DNA of 64,000 bases, taken from positions 13,521-77,520 of the forward strand of contig JAYVYR010000002.1 of the NCBI GenBank assembly GCA_043784065.1, in the 5' to 3' direction. Of the stretch, positions 8,456 to 17,767 are shown in pieces (within the stretch, counting starts at the first letter, position 1; every line of letters starts with the position of its first letter). The translations under genes and the position numbers were made by a program. The stretch comes from Acidimicrobiaceae bacterium. GTDB lineage: Bacteria > Actinomycetota > Acidimicrobiia > Acidimicrobiales > RAAP-2. Under the pieces are notes generated by a model that was not told where the DNA came from, did not search any database, and saw only the letters and a program-made list of their open reading frames with translations.

Positions 8456-9100
8456 TCAGTCGGCCCGGCGAATGAGGGTGACCCCGTCCCGGACGGTGGT
8501 CTGGACGACGACGACCCGAGGATCGGAAACCACGAAGTCGTTGAACTCCCGCAGCGCCAAGGTGTCCTCCGTGGTGTCGGACGGATCGAGGATCCGCCCC
8601 GACCACAAGGTGTTGTCAGCGGCGATGATGCCCCGAGGCGCCAGCTTCGGTAGCACTGCTTCGTAGTACGCACGGTACCCGGATTTGTCGGCGTCGAGGA
8701 AGACCAGATCGAACGGGCCGGGCAGTGTGGCGATGGTCTGGATGGCCGGGCCCTCGATTACTTCGACGCAGGCCGCATACGGGCTCCTCTCGATGTGGCG
8801 GCGGGCGAAGGCAGCGTGCACCGGCGACAGTTCGCACGAGGTGATCCGGCCGCCTGGGGCCAGGCCGGCGGCCATAGCAAGCGCCGAATAGCCGCCGAAC
8901 GTGCCGACCTCGAGCACCGAGGTGGCCGACAGGGCGAAGACGAGCATCTCGAGGTAGCGGCCCTCGAGGCGGCCAACCATCATGTGGGGGTAGTCGAGGG
9001 TCTCCATCAGCTCGGCGGCCAGGGCCTCGAGATGGGCCGGTGGTGCGGAGGAGTGTTCGCTGGCATATGCCTCGAGTACCGGGTCGACGATATCGGTCAC
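8456..9100 (-). CDS. Class I SAM-dependent O-methyltransferase (family 3, caffeoyl-CoA OMT-like)
   Basis: 214 aa with VLEVGTFGGYSAL (SAM motif I), FDLVFLDADK and IIAADNTLW, typical of the Methyltransf_3 family. Confidence 0.8.
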   Translation of the reverse strand: MTDIVDPVLEAYASEHSSAPPAHLEALAAELMETLDYPHMMVGRLEGRYLEMLVFALSATSVLEVGTFGGYSALAMAAGLAPGGRITSCELSPVHAAFARRHIERSPYAACVEVIEGPAIQTIATLPGPFDLVFLDADKSGYRAYYEAVLPKLAPRGIIAADNTLWSGRILDPSDTTEDTLALREFNDFVVSDPRVVVVQTTVRDGVTLIRRAD

Positions 9101-9158
9101 TCCCGCATCGTACGGCCCACCGGGAAGGGGCGCCGTCAGCGACTTCAGGCCGGCACGG

Positions 9159-10379
9159 CTAGGTCCAGATCTGCTCGCCGAGTCGCAGCAGGCCCGACAG
9201 GTCGTAGATGTCAGTGTCGAAGAAGGGAACAGTGGCCAGCACCTCGGGAGCCACGGCCAGCGAGGCGCGCTCCTCCATCTCGCGCAGGGCGACCACCTGG
9301 AAGTTGAGATAGCTGTCGGCCACCTCGGTCAACACCCGGGCGATCTGGGCCGGGTCGCCCAGCCCTTTGCCGGCTTTGGCGAGACCGGGCGAGAGCTCGG
9401 CGGCCAGATCTTCGGCTCGGTCTTTCATGACCTCGGCGATGTTGGTGCCGGCCCGACCCTTGAGGTAGTCGGGCAGGACCTTGTTGAGCACGATGGCACC
9501 GAGATGCAACCTGCGCTCCGTCAATTGTTCGGCAAAGAACTCGGCCTCCCGCAACGGGGTCGCTTCCAGGGTGGAGACCACCACAAACGTCGTTCGGCGG
9601 TCGGACAGCAGCCGCCCGACAGCTTGCGACCGCTCCACGAACCCGTCGTACATGGTCTGGAAGAGGATGAAGAACTCGGAGATGTCCCCCATGAACTCCG
9701 TACCGAGGATCCGGTCAGAGATCTGGTAGAAGGGTTTGGTGGCCACGTTGATGAGCTTCGACCGGTAGGGCACAATCAGCCATCGCAACAGCCGCGACGA
9801 GAAGAAGTCGGCCAGCCGCTCGGGAGCGTCCAGGAAGTCGAGGGCGTTCCGGGAGGGCGGCGTGTCCACCACGATCAGGTCGTACTCGCCCGCCGAGTGG
9901 ATCTCGTAGAGCCGTTCCATGGCGATGTAGTCGTGGCTCTGGACGAAGCGCCCGGCAATGTTCTGGTAGAGCGGGTTGGCCAGAATCTCGTCGCGGGTCT
10001 GCTTGTCCGGTGCGTGCTGGCGGATCAAGGAGTCCCACGACTCCTTGGTATCGAGCATGGCCGCCCACAGCTCGCCCCGGGGCTTTACGCCGGCAGCCAG
10101 GAACGCACTGTCGGGCACCCGGTGCTCGGTATTGCCGATGCCGTCGAGCCCCAGGGCATTGGCCAGACGCTTGGCCGGGTCGACGGTCAGCACCAGCACC
10201 TTGGAGCCGTGATTGATGGCCGCCATCAGGGCTGAGGCTGCGGCCGTGGTGGTCTTCCCCACCCCGCCAGGGCCACAGGTCACCACGATCTCCTTGGTGG
10301 CGAGCAGGCTGTCCATGGTCGGCGCGGCCACGTCGGCGGGAAGCTTGGCCTTGGTCGAACGAGGGCCACGGGCGGCCAT
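9159..10379 (-). CDS. ArsA/Get3-like P-loop ATPase (second of a pair)
   Basis: 406 aa with the deviant Walker A CGPGGVGKTT and a DTPP Walker B-like motif. Overlaps the upstream ArsA-like gene by 1 nt. Confidence 0.8.
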   Translation of the reverse strand: MAARGPRSTKAKLPADVAAPTMDSLLATKEIVVTCGPGGVGKTTTAAASALMAAINHGSKVLVLTVDPAKRLANALGLDGIGNTEHRVPDSAFLAAGVKPRGELWAAMLDTKESWDSLIRQHAPDKQTRDEILANPLYQNIAGRFVQSHDYIAMERLYEIHSAGEYDLIVVDTPPSRNALDFLDAPERLADFFSSRLLRWLIVPYRSKLINVATKPFYQISDRILGTEFMGDISEFFILFQTMYDGFVERSQAVGRLLSDRRTTFVVVSTLEATPLREAEFFAEQLTERRLHLGAIVLNKVLPDYLKGRAGTNIAEVMKDRAEDLAAELSPGLAKAGKGLGDPAQIARVLTEVADSYLNFQVVALREMEERASLAVAPEVLATVPFFDTDIYDLSGLLRLGEQIWT

Positions 10380-11341
10380 CAGAATCCCAGCTCCTCGCCC
10401 AGCGAGCCGGCCACCTGCTTGGTGGTGCGCAACCCATGGGATCGAGCGAACAGGTAGGGGAGGTAGAGGAGCGGCACGGTCGGATCGATGCCCTGGCGCA
10501 GGCGTTCGAGGTGGGTGGACCGGGTCCGGCGCATGGTGACAGCCAGTCGGGCCGCTTCCAGTACCGGGCCTGCGTCTCCGTCCACGAGTCCATCAAGTGC
10601 GGCCAACGGGCCCGGAGCGGTGAGTGCGTCGAACACCGCTTCCTCATTGCGGCCGAACAGCTCAGGAAGGACCCGGTTGACCACGACGGCAGCCAGTTCG
10701 ACGGTCGTCTCCAGACGAACCCGTTCGGCCAGCTCGATCGTCTCGTTGACGGGCATCTCCTCGGGCGTGCAGACGGCCATCAGTCCGGTGATTGTCGGGT
10801 CGGACAGCATCTCGAGCATCCAGTCGGTCTGCGTCCGGATGAGGCCGACCTTTACCAGCCCATTGACAGCCTGGGGGGCTGCGAGCTGCCCGATGATGTG
10901 GCCGGTGGACGGGGCGTCGACGATGACCATGTCCCATTTGGCTTCACGGACCTCGAAGCAGAGCTTGCCCACGGTGAGAATTTCGCGAACCCCTGGGGCG
11001 GCAGTGGCCAGGAAGTCGAAGGCTTTGGCCACCGGGCCGATCCGACCGACGATCGGGATGTGCAGCTGGAGCTTCAGGTACTCCCGCATCGATGACTCAG
11101 TGTCCATTTTCATGGCGAAGAGTCCGGGTTGGACCTCCTTCTCCTTGAACGCAGTGGGCGGAGCTTCGTAGTAGCCGGCCAGTTCCCCTTTGCCGTCGCC
11201 CTCGCAGATCAGCACTTTCTTGCCCTGGCTGGCGGCCAGGAAGGCCAGCGCCGAGGCGACCGTCGTCTTGCCGGTGCCACCCTTGCCGGTCACGAAGACC
11301 AGCTTGCGGTCCAGCAACGGCGTCATGGCGTCAGAGGCCAC
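10379..11341 (-). CDS. ArsA/Get3-like P-loop ATPase (first of a pair)
   Basis: 320 aa with Walker A TGKGGTGKTT and VIVDAPSTGH (the DxPxTGH switch typical of the ArsA family). Confidence 0.8.
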   Translation of the reverse strand: MASDAMTPLLDRKLVFVTGKGGTGKTTVASALAFLAASQGKKVLICEGDGKGELAGYYEAPPTAFKEKEVQPGLFAMKMDTESSMREYLKLQLHIPIVGRIGPVAKAFDFLATAAPGVREILTVGKLCFEVREAKWDMVIVDAPSTGHIIGQLAAPQAVNGLVKVGLIRTQTDWMLEMLSDPTITGLMAVCTPEEMPVNETIELAERVRLETTVELAAVVVNRVLPELFGRNEEAVFDALTAPGPLAALDGLVDGDAGPVLEAARLAVTMRRTRSTHLERLRQGIDPTVPLLYLPYLFARSHGLRTTKQVAGSLGEELGF

Positions 11342-11392
11342 CGGGCCTCCCGGTGGCCGAAGACCACAGCGGTGCGGTCGTGCGGCGTCGGA

Positions 11393-11629
11393 TCAGGAAA
11401 TCCCGAATCCGACCTGACGGCTGGGAACAGGGGGGTCCAACTCGATGTAGGCGACCTTGCCCACCGGCACCCCGACCTGGCGGCCCTTGCGATCGGTGAG
11501 CCAGAGAATCCGACTCTCTTCACCCATCGCCTCCTCGATGTCGGCCAGGACCTTGTTTCGGTCAGCGTCGTCCGGCAGCTCGATGTCGAGCTCCTTCATC
11601 GACTGCACGATCCCGATACGCACGTCCAC
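11393..11629 (-). CDS. DUF3107 domain protein
   Basis: VDVRIGIVQSMKELDIEL...ILWLTDRKGRQVGVPVGKVAYIELD matches the small actinobacterial DUF3107 family. GGAG lies 8 nt upstream of GTG 11629; the track ORF extends to 11689. Confidence 0.7.
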   Translation of the reverse strand: MDVRIGIVQSMKELDIELPDDADRNKVLADIEEAMGEESRILWLTDRKGRQVGVPVGKVAYIELDPPVPSRQVGFGIS

Positions 11630-11842
11630 CAGCCACGCTCCTCTCAGCCAGGTGGTCGGTGGGACCACCTGGTGAACACGACGATACAACCCTTCGGCCC
11701 ATGGTCATCCCCGGAGCCATGCCTCAGCCCCCTTCTGCGGGTCCCCGTTTCCCGGCCCCTATCCCCTTTGGCCCCTTCATCCGGCCCCTTCATCCAAGCT
11801 CCTCCATCAGAACGCGCCGGCCGCGCACTCGAGGTCACACCG

Positions 11843-13045
11843 ATGGTGCACACTGGCGAGATGGACGGCGAGACATCCACCGCCGGAGGGAAGAACCAAC
11901 CTGGCGTAACCGAGCGCAACCGCCGGTGGGCGGCCACCATGGCCGGCCACGGCGCCGAGGGCATCACCTTCGCCCACGCTGACAGCCACGCCGCCACCGG
12001 CGCCGACCTGTCTGCTCCCGGCTTTGACCGGGTGGCCCGCGAAGAGCTCGAACAGTCCCAGCTGGCCCCTGGGGCAACCCATGCCGATGGTCCGGGCCAC
12101 CGAGGTCGGCCTGAAGAGCCCGACCCTTGGCGGACCTGTTTCGAGCGGGACCGCGACAGAATCCTCCATGCGCCCTCGTTCCGCCGCCTGGCCGGCAAGA
12201 CCCAGGTCTTCGTATTCCCGGATGACCACCAGCGGACCCGGCTGACCCACGCACTCGAGGTCGCCCAGGTGGCCGCCGGCATTGCCCGGGCCTGTCGGTT
12301 GAACGTGGCCCTCACTGAGGCCATCGCCCTCGGCCACGACTGCGGCCACGGCCCGGGCGGTCATGCCAGCGAGGACGCCCTCTCCCCCTACGTGGCCGGG
12401 GGCTTCGACCATGCACCGTGGGGTGCGGACGTGTCGCTCTCCTCCCTCAACCTGTGCGAGGAGACGCTCGACGGCATCCGGAACCATTCGTGGTCGCGAC
12501 CGGCACCCTCCACTCCGGAGGGCGAAGTGGTCAGCTGGGCCGACCGGATCGCCTACGTCTGCCATGACTTCGAGGACGCCGTACGCAGCGGCATCGTCAC
12601 TTCGTCTGCCCTGCCGGCCATCGTGCGAGAGCGGTGCGGCGACCGCCGAGGACGCCAACTCGGCACCTTCATCGACGCACTGGTCTGGACCACGCTCCGC
12701 ACCGGCCGGGTGGGCATGGCCGACGACCAGGCCGAGGCGCTGGCCGCCTTCCGGGCCAGCAACTACGAGCGCATCTACCTCCGGCCCAGCTCGGTGGCAC
12801 AGGGCGCAGCCGTGGTCGACGTACTGCAGGCGCTCGTCGAGCATTTCGGCGACCGGCCCCACCTGCTCCCCACCACGGGTCGTGACGCCGACGGGCTGAT
12901 CGGGAGCGAGCCGGGGGCGGTGCACGCCGCCGTCGCCTACGTGGCCGGAATGACCGATCGGTTCGCCTTCAGCCAGGCGGTGGCACTCCTCGGTTGGGAC
13001 CCGGACAACCTGCCTGCCGGCATCGGGGTGGCAGGCAGGTTCTAG
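11843..13045 (+). CDS. dgt: dGTPase-like HD-domain triphosphohydrolase
   Basis: FERDRDRILHAPSFRRLAGKTQVF...RTRLTHALEVAQVA...LGHDCGHGPGGH are dGTP triphosphohydrolase family motifs. In-frame ATG at 11843; the first 238 codons of the 638-aa track ORF are antisense overlap with the ArsA and DUF3107 genes. Confidence 0.8.
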   Translation: MVHTGEMDGETSTAGGKNQPGVTERNRRWAATMAGHGAEGITFAHADSHAATGADLSAPGFDRVAREELEQSQLAPGATHADGPGHRGRPEEPDPWRTCFERDRDRILHAPSFRRLAGKTQVFVFPDDHQRTRLTHALEVAQVAAGIARACRLNVALTEAIALGHDCGHGPGGHASEDALSPYVAGGFDHAPWGADVSLSSLNLCEETLDGIRNHSWSRPAPSTPEGEVVSWADRIAYVCHDFEDAVRSGIVTSSALPAIVRERCGDRRGRQLGTFIDALVWTTLRTGRVGMADDQAEALAAFRASNYERIYLRPSSVAQGAAVVDVLQALVEHFGDRPHLLPTTGRDADGLIGSEPGAVHAAVAYVAGMTDRFAFSQAVALLGWDPDNLPAGIGVAGRF

Positions 13046-13081
13046 TTACCCGTCCAACCGCGCGTGCCTGACCGCCTCAGG

Positions 13082-13480
13082 TCAGCTGCCGTAGAGGGCG
13101 CGCGGGTCGTCAGTGGACACGATGTCCTTACCCAGCGGGGCGAGAGCCGCGGCCGCCAACTTGAAGTCGGCGATACCCAAGGGGATGCCGATAACGGTGA
13201 TGCAGAGCAGCACGCCGGTCACGACGTGGGCGATAGCCATCCAGAGTCCCGCCAGCAGAAACCACAGCACGTTCCCGATGAACGACCCGGTGCCGGCATC
13301 GGGCTTCGGGACGAGCGTCCGACCGAACGGCCACAGGGTGAAGGCGGCCAAGCGGAAACTGGCGATCCCGAACGGAATGGTGATAACCAGCACGCACATG
13401 ATGATCCCGGCCACCGTATAGCCGACAGCCAGCCAGAATCCGCACAGCACCAACCAAACGATATTGAGGATCGTCTTCAT
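13082..13480 (-). CDS. yccF: YccF-domain inner membrane protein (DUF307)
   Basis: MKTILNIVWLVLCGFWLAVGY...ITIPFGIASFRLA is duplicated internally (...ITVIGIPLGIADFKLA), the YccF architecture. Confidence 0.8.
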   Translation of the reverse strand: MKTILNIVWLVLCGFWLAVGYTVAGIIMCVLVITIPFGIASFRLAAFTLWPFGRTLVPKPDAGTGSFIGNVLWFLLAGLWMAIAHVVTGVLLCITVIGIPLGIADFKLAAAALAPLGKDIVSTDDPRALYGS

Positions 13481-13530
13481 GTCCCCAGCATGACATCGCA
13501 ATCGACCGGTGGGGACTCCCGCCAGGGCAC

Positions 13531-14709
13531 CTAGCGGACGGTGAGCTCCCGGCGGTAGACGCGGGCGGGCCCGAGGGAGGCGATGGTCGATGCAAGCTCG
13601 ACGAAGATGCCTGCTGCCTCGCCATCAGGATCGGCGATCACCACGGGAACGCCGTCGTCACCCCCCTGGCGGAGGGCCGGCACCAGCGGGATCTTGCCCA
13701 GCAGCGGCACGCCCAGATCGTCGGACAACTGCTGGCCGCCACCCGCTCCGAACAGCTCGTAGCGGGTGCCGTCATCGCCGGTAAACCAACTCATGTTCTC
13801 GATCACGCCGCGCACGGCCAACTTCAGCTTGCGGGCTGCATAGGCCGAGCGCTGGGCTACCCGCTGGGCGGCAGGCTGGGGGGTGGTGACCACAAAGACC
13901 TCAGTCTTCGTCAGGTATTGGCCGAGTGAGAGGGTGACGTCGCCGGTGCCCGGGGGCATATCGATCAACAGGAAATCGGGCTCACCCCAGTAGGCGTCGA
14001 CCAGGAACTGCTCGAGCGCCTTGTGGAGCATCGGACCGCGCCAGATCACCGGCGTGTCATCGGCCACGAAGAAGCCCATCGACAGACACCGCACGCCGTT
14101 GGCCGAGGGCGGAACGACCAGATCGCCGATGATCATCGGGTCGGACGTGATGCCCAACATCTTGGGAACCGAGAAGCCGTAGACATCGGCGTCCAGAATG
14201 CCCACGTCGTAGCCGGCCCGGGCCAAGGACACCGCCAGGTTGACGGTCACGGAGGACTTGCCGACCCCGCCCTTGCCCGACGAGATGCCGAGCACCCGGG
14301 TCTTCGACCGAGGCTCCATGAACTTGTTGGGCCGGCCCTCCTCGTGGCCGAGGGCGCCACCCTGATCGTGATCGTGCCCGTGGCCATCGTCGGCGGCGTG
14401 CATCGTCCCACCGTCGACGGCATCACCCCGCAGAAGCATCCGCAGGTAGGCCCGGGTCGCCTCGTCCATCACCGCGGTGTCGACCAGGACCTCGTCAACC
14501 CCGTCGATGCGGGCGGCAGCGGCCCGGACGCGGTCGACCAACTCATCCACCTGGGGGTAGGTGGCCACCGGCAGGAGCAGTTCGACCGTGGCCTTCTTGC
14601 GCTTACAGCGGACCCCGCCCACCATGCCCAGCTCCCCCAGCGGGCGCCGCAGCTCGGGGTCGTCCACATGGGCAACCGCCGCTGTGAGCTGGGACTCGTC
14701 GATGGACAT
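13531..14709 (-). CDS. mrp: Mrp/ApbC/NBP35-family Fe-S cluster carrier ATPase
   Basis: N-terminal DUF59-like segment, SGKGGVGKSS P-loop and a C-terminal CxxC-equivalent region. 392 aa, typical for actinobacterial Mrp. Confidence 0.9.
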   Translation of the reverse strand: MSIDESQLTAAVAHVDDPELRRPLGELGMVGGVRCKRKKATVELLLPVATYPQVDELVDRVRAAAARIDGVDEVLVDTAVMDEATRAYLRMLLRGDAVDGGTMHAADDGHGHDHDQGGALGHEEGRPNKFMEPRSKTRVLGISSGKGGVGKSSVTVNLAVSLARAGYDVGILDADVYGFSVPKMLGITSDPMIIGDLVVPPSANGVRCLSMGFFVADDTPVIWRGPMLHKALEQFLVDAYWGEPDFLLIDMPPGTGDVTLSLGQYLTKTEVFVVTTPQPAAQRVAQRSAYAARKLKLAVRGVIENMSWFTGDDGTRYELFGAGGGQQLSDDLGVPLLGKIPLVPALRQGGDDGVPVVIADPDGEAAGIFVELASTIASLGPARVYRRELTVR

Positions 14710-14756
14710 AGAGGTTCTCCTGAGGGGAAATCGGTGTCACAGGTAGACTAGGGGAC

Positions 14757-15503
14757 GTGCAGCCCGACCCGGACAGCCAAATGGCCCTTGCCCCGTCGGA
14801 CGCCGACGCCCAGTTCGCTGCGGCGGTGACCGCCGTCACCTCGGCGTTCGGCGATCCCACCCGCCGCGAGATCTACCTGTTCGTGCGGGCGAATCCCGGC
14901 GCCACCGCCACCGAAGTGGCGTCCCGTTTCTCCCTCCATCCGAACGTCGCCCGCCACCATCTCGAGCGTCTGGCCGCCGGTGGCTACGTCGACGTCACCA
15001 TGGAGCGGGCCGACGGTGGCGGCGCGGGCCGGCCCTCCAAGCGGTTCCGGGCCATCGGACAAGATCCCACCCTCGACCTGCTCACCCGCCGCGACGACCT
15101 GCTGGTCCTTTTGCTCCAAGAAGCCCTTCAGATGCTCGGGCCGCAGGCCGCCGAGGGCATGGCCGAGCGGGTGGGAGAAGAGTACGGCCGCCAGCTGGCC
15201 GGGCAGATGTCACCCGGGGACGGCCAGCGGTCCTTGCGGACGGCCATGCACGCCATCGCCGACACCCTGACCGCCCACGGGTTCGCCGCCCATGCCGAGG
15301 ACCAGGGAACAGCCACCGCCGTAGTAGCCGACAACTGTCCGTTCGGCGACGCGGCATCGCAGTACCCGGTACTTTGCGCCGTCGACCGAGGCATGGTCAA
15401 TGGTCTGCTGGCCGGGTTGTGCGGCGATGACCCGGGTGCTGTGCCGGTGGTCCTGTCGTCATCCCGAGCCCGGGGCGACGACGCCTGCAGCGCTGTGGTC
15501 TGA
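14757..15503 (+). CDS. Winged-helix (ArsR/SufR-like) transcriptional regulator with Cys-rich C-terminal domain
   Basis: FGDPTRREIYLFVRANPGATATEVASRFSLHPNVARHHLERLAAGGYV is an ArsR-type wHTH. The C-terminal part carries four Cys (NCPF...LCAV...LCGD...ACS). Confidence 0.65.
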   Translation: MQPDPDSQMALAPSDADAQFAAAVTAVTSAFGDPTRREIYLFVRANPGATATEVASRFSLHPNVARHHLERLAAGGYVDVTMERADGGGAGRPSKRFRAIGQDPTLDLLTRRDDLLVLLLQEALQMLGPQAAEGMAERVGEEYGRQLAGQMSPGDGQRSLRTAMHAIADTLTAHGFAAHAEDQGTATAVVADNCPFGDAASQYPVLCAVDRGMVNGLLAGLCGDDPGAVPVVLSSSRARGDDACSAVV

Positions 15504-15513
15504 CCCGGCTCCC

Positions 15514-16662
15514 GTGGCCCGCCACTACCTCGACCACGCCTCCACTACCCCGCTCCGCCCCGAAGCACGGGCTGCCATGGCCGAGTGGGACGCTCTCGGC
15601 GTGACCGCCGACCCCGGCCGGGTTCACACCGAGGGCCGCATCGTTCGGGCCGCCCTCGAAGACGCTCGTGACCAGGTGGCCGCCCTGTTCGGTGTCCGGC
15701 CCCGCCAGGTGATCTTGACGTCGGGCGCCACCGAGGCGGTCAACTCGGCCGTGTGGGGCATTCTCACCCACGACCGAGGCGCACCAGTGGCCTGTGCCGC
15801 CGTGGAGCACTCGGCTGTGCGTGACGCGTCGGCCCGACTGGGCACAATCGTCGACATCGCCGTCGATGGAGTCGGGCGTATCACCGGGGAAGCCGTCGAG
15901 GAAGCGATCGGTCGCTGCCAATCGGAGCACGGCCGCCGGCCGGCGTTGGTGCACTGCCAGTCGGCCAACCACGAAGTCGGCACCATCCAGAACGTCGACG
16001 ACGTGATCCAGGTGTGTGGCCGTCACGGTATTCCCGTCCACGTGGACGCTGTGGCCGCAGCCGGGCACGTCCCCCTCGACGCCGAGGGGGACGGTGCCGA
16101 TCTGGTGTCGGTGTCGTCCCACAAATTGGGCGGTCCGGCCGGCATGGGCGCACTGATCCTGAAACGCGGCCTGCGGATCGAATCACTGCTGGTCGGGGGC
16201 GAGCAGGAGCGAGGCCGCCGGGCTGGGTTCGAGGACGTTGCCGGCGCCATAGGGTTCGGCGCGGCGGCCGCAGCCTTGGGGGAGCCGGGTCGGATCGACG
16301 TCGAGGCGACTGGCGCCCGCCGACACACCGACCGACTGCTGGACGCAGGCACGGCCGTTGCCGGCGTCCTTCCCTACGGCGACATTCACCGGCGCGTGCC
16401 CCACATCCTGTGCCTGGGGGTCGAGGGCGTGGAGGCCGAGCCGGTGCTGCTCGGTCTCGACCAGGCCGATGTGGCCGTCCATTCCGGTTCGTCATGCTCG
16501 TCGGAGTCCCTCGAGCCCTCACCTGTGCTCGAGGCCATGGGCGTGGACGGCGACCGGTCGTTGCGCCTGTCGGTCGGGTGGTCGACCACTGAAGCCGACG
16601 TCGAGGCCTTCGCCGATGCGTTCGCCGGGGTCGTCAGCCGCTTGCGCGATTTGCGCTCCTGA
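15514..16662 (+). CDS. Cysteine desulfurase (NifS/IscS-type class V aminotransferase)
   Basis: YLDHASTTP N-terminus, PLP-lysine motif SSHKLGGPAGMGAL and active-site SGSSCSS. Start uncertain: GTG 15514 sits just after the regulator stop, and the track ORF begins at 15400. Confidence 0.85.
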   Translation: MARHYLDHASTTPLRPEARAAMAEWDALGVTADPGRVHTEGRIVRAALEDARDQVAALFGVRPRQVILTSGATEAVNSAVWGILTHDRGAPVACAAVEHSAVRDASARLGTIVDIAVDGVGRITGEAVEEAIGRCQSEHGRRPALVHCQSANHEVGTIQNVDDVIQVCGRHGIPVHVDAVAAAGHVPLDAEGDGADLVSVSSHKLGGPAGMGALILKRGLRIESLLVGGEQERGRRAGFEDVAGAIGFGAAAAALGEPGRIDVEATGARRHTDRLLDAGTAVAGVLPYGDIHRRVPHILCLGVEGVEAEPVLLGLDQADVAVHSGSSCSSESLEPSPVLEAMGVDGDRSLRLSVGWSTTEADVEAFADAFAGVVSRLRDLRS

Positions 16663-16746
16663 TCAGCCACCGGCCCACCCCCGACGCACATTCCGGCGTG
16701 GCTCTGTTCTTCCCATTCGACCGACGCCGCCGATAGGTTGACCTCC

Positions 16747-17718
16747 ATGCGCGCCGTCGTCTGCAACCAACTGGGTCCTCTCGACACCTTGGCAGTGGAG
16801 GACCGGCCCACCCCCGACCCGGCCGAGGGGATGGTGGTCATCGACGTGGCCGCCGCCGGGGTGAACTTCGTCGACGGCCTGATCTGCCAGGGCAGGTATC
16901 AGTTGAAGCCGCCCACCCCGTTCGTCCCGGGCAGCGAGGTGGCCGGAACCATTGCCGCAGTAGGTCCGGGCGTGACGGGTTGGTCAGTGGGCGACCGGGT
17001 GCTGGTCTTCTGCGGATTCGGCGGGTTCGCCACCCAGGTGGTGGCCCCGGCCCTGTCACTGGTGGCAGCGCCGGACTCCATCGATCTGGCCCAGGCGGCT
17101 GCCCTCATCCAGAGCTACTGCACCATGCTCTTCACGCTTACCCGGAGGACGACGGTGGCCCCGGGCGAGTGGGTGCTGGTGCTGGGCGCCGGCGGTGGCA
17201 TCGGCCTGGCCGCCATCGACGTGGCCACGGCACTCGGCGCTCACGTCATCGCCGCCGCGTCGACGGCGGAGAAGTTGGAGGCTGCCGAGGCCATGGGAGC
17301 CGAGGCCACCATCGCCTACGAGACCGAGGACCTTAAGTCCCGGGCCCGCCAGCTGTCCGGCGGCGGCGTCGACGTAGTGGTCGATCCCGTAGGCGGACAG
17401 CACGCTGAGCCGGCACTGCGAGCCACCCGCCACCTCGGGCGGTTCTGCGTAATCGGCTTCGCGTCCGGGCCCATCCCCTCGATCCCCATCAATCAGGTGC
17501 TGCTCAACAACCGCACATTGGTCGGTGTCGATTGGGGCGGGTGGACGTTCAAGGACCCGTTCGGCAACCGGGCCCTGATCGACGAACTGATGGGGATGGT
17601 GGCGGACGGTCGACTCCACCCGACCGTGCCCACCAAGCGGCCGCTGGCCGAGGCCGCCGACGTGATGACCGGTCTCATCGACCGCACCGTGATCGGCAAG
17701 GTCGTACTCGTGCCCTGA
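16747..17718 (+). CDS. NADPH:quinone oxidoreductase / zinc-type MDR family
   Basis: MRAVVCNQLGP..., GVNFVDGLICQGRY and the GAGGGIGLAAIDVA Rossmann motif. Confidence 0.8.
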   Translation: MRAVVCNQLGPLDTLAVEDRPTPDPAEGMVVIDVAAAGVNFVDGLICQGRYQLKPPTPFVPGSEVAGTIAAVGPGVTGWSVGDRVLVFCGFGGFATQVVAPALSLVAAPDSIDLAQAAALIQSYCTMLFTLTRRTTVAPGEWVLVLGAGGGIGLAAIDVATALGAHVIAAASTAEKLEAAEAMGAEATIAYETEDLKSRARQLSGGGVDVVVDPVGGQHAEPALRATRHLGRFCVIGFASGPIPSIPINQVLLNNRTLVGVDWGGWTFKDPFGNRALIDELMGMVADGRLHPTVPTKRPLAEAADVMTGLIDRTVIGKVVLVP

Positions 17719-17767
17719 TGTCGATGGCCAGACAACGGAGACTTGAAATCGAATCCGGTCAGCTTGG

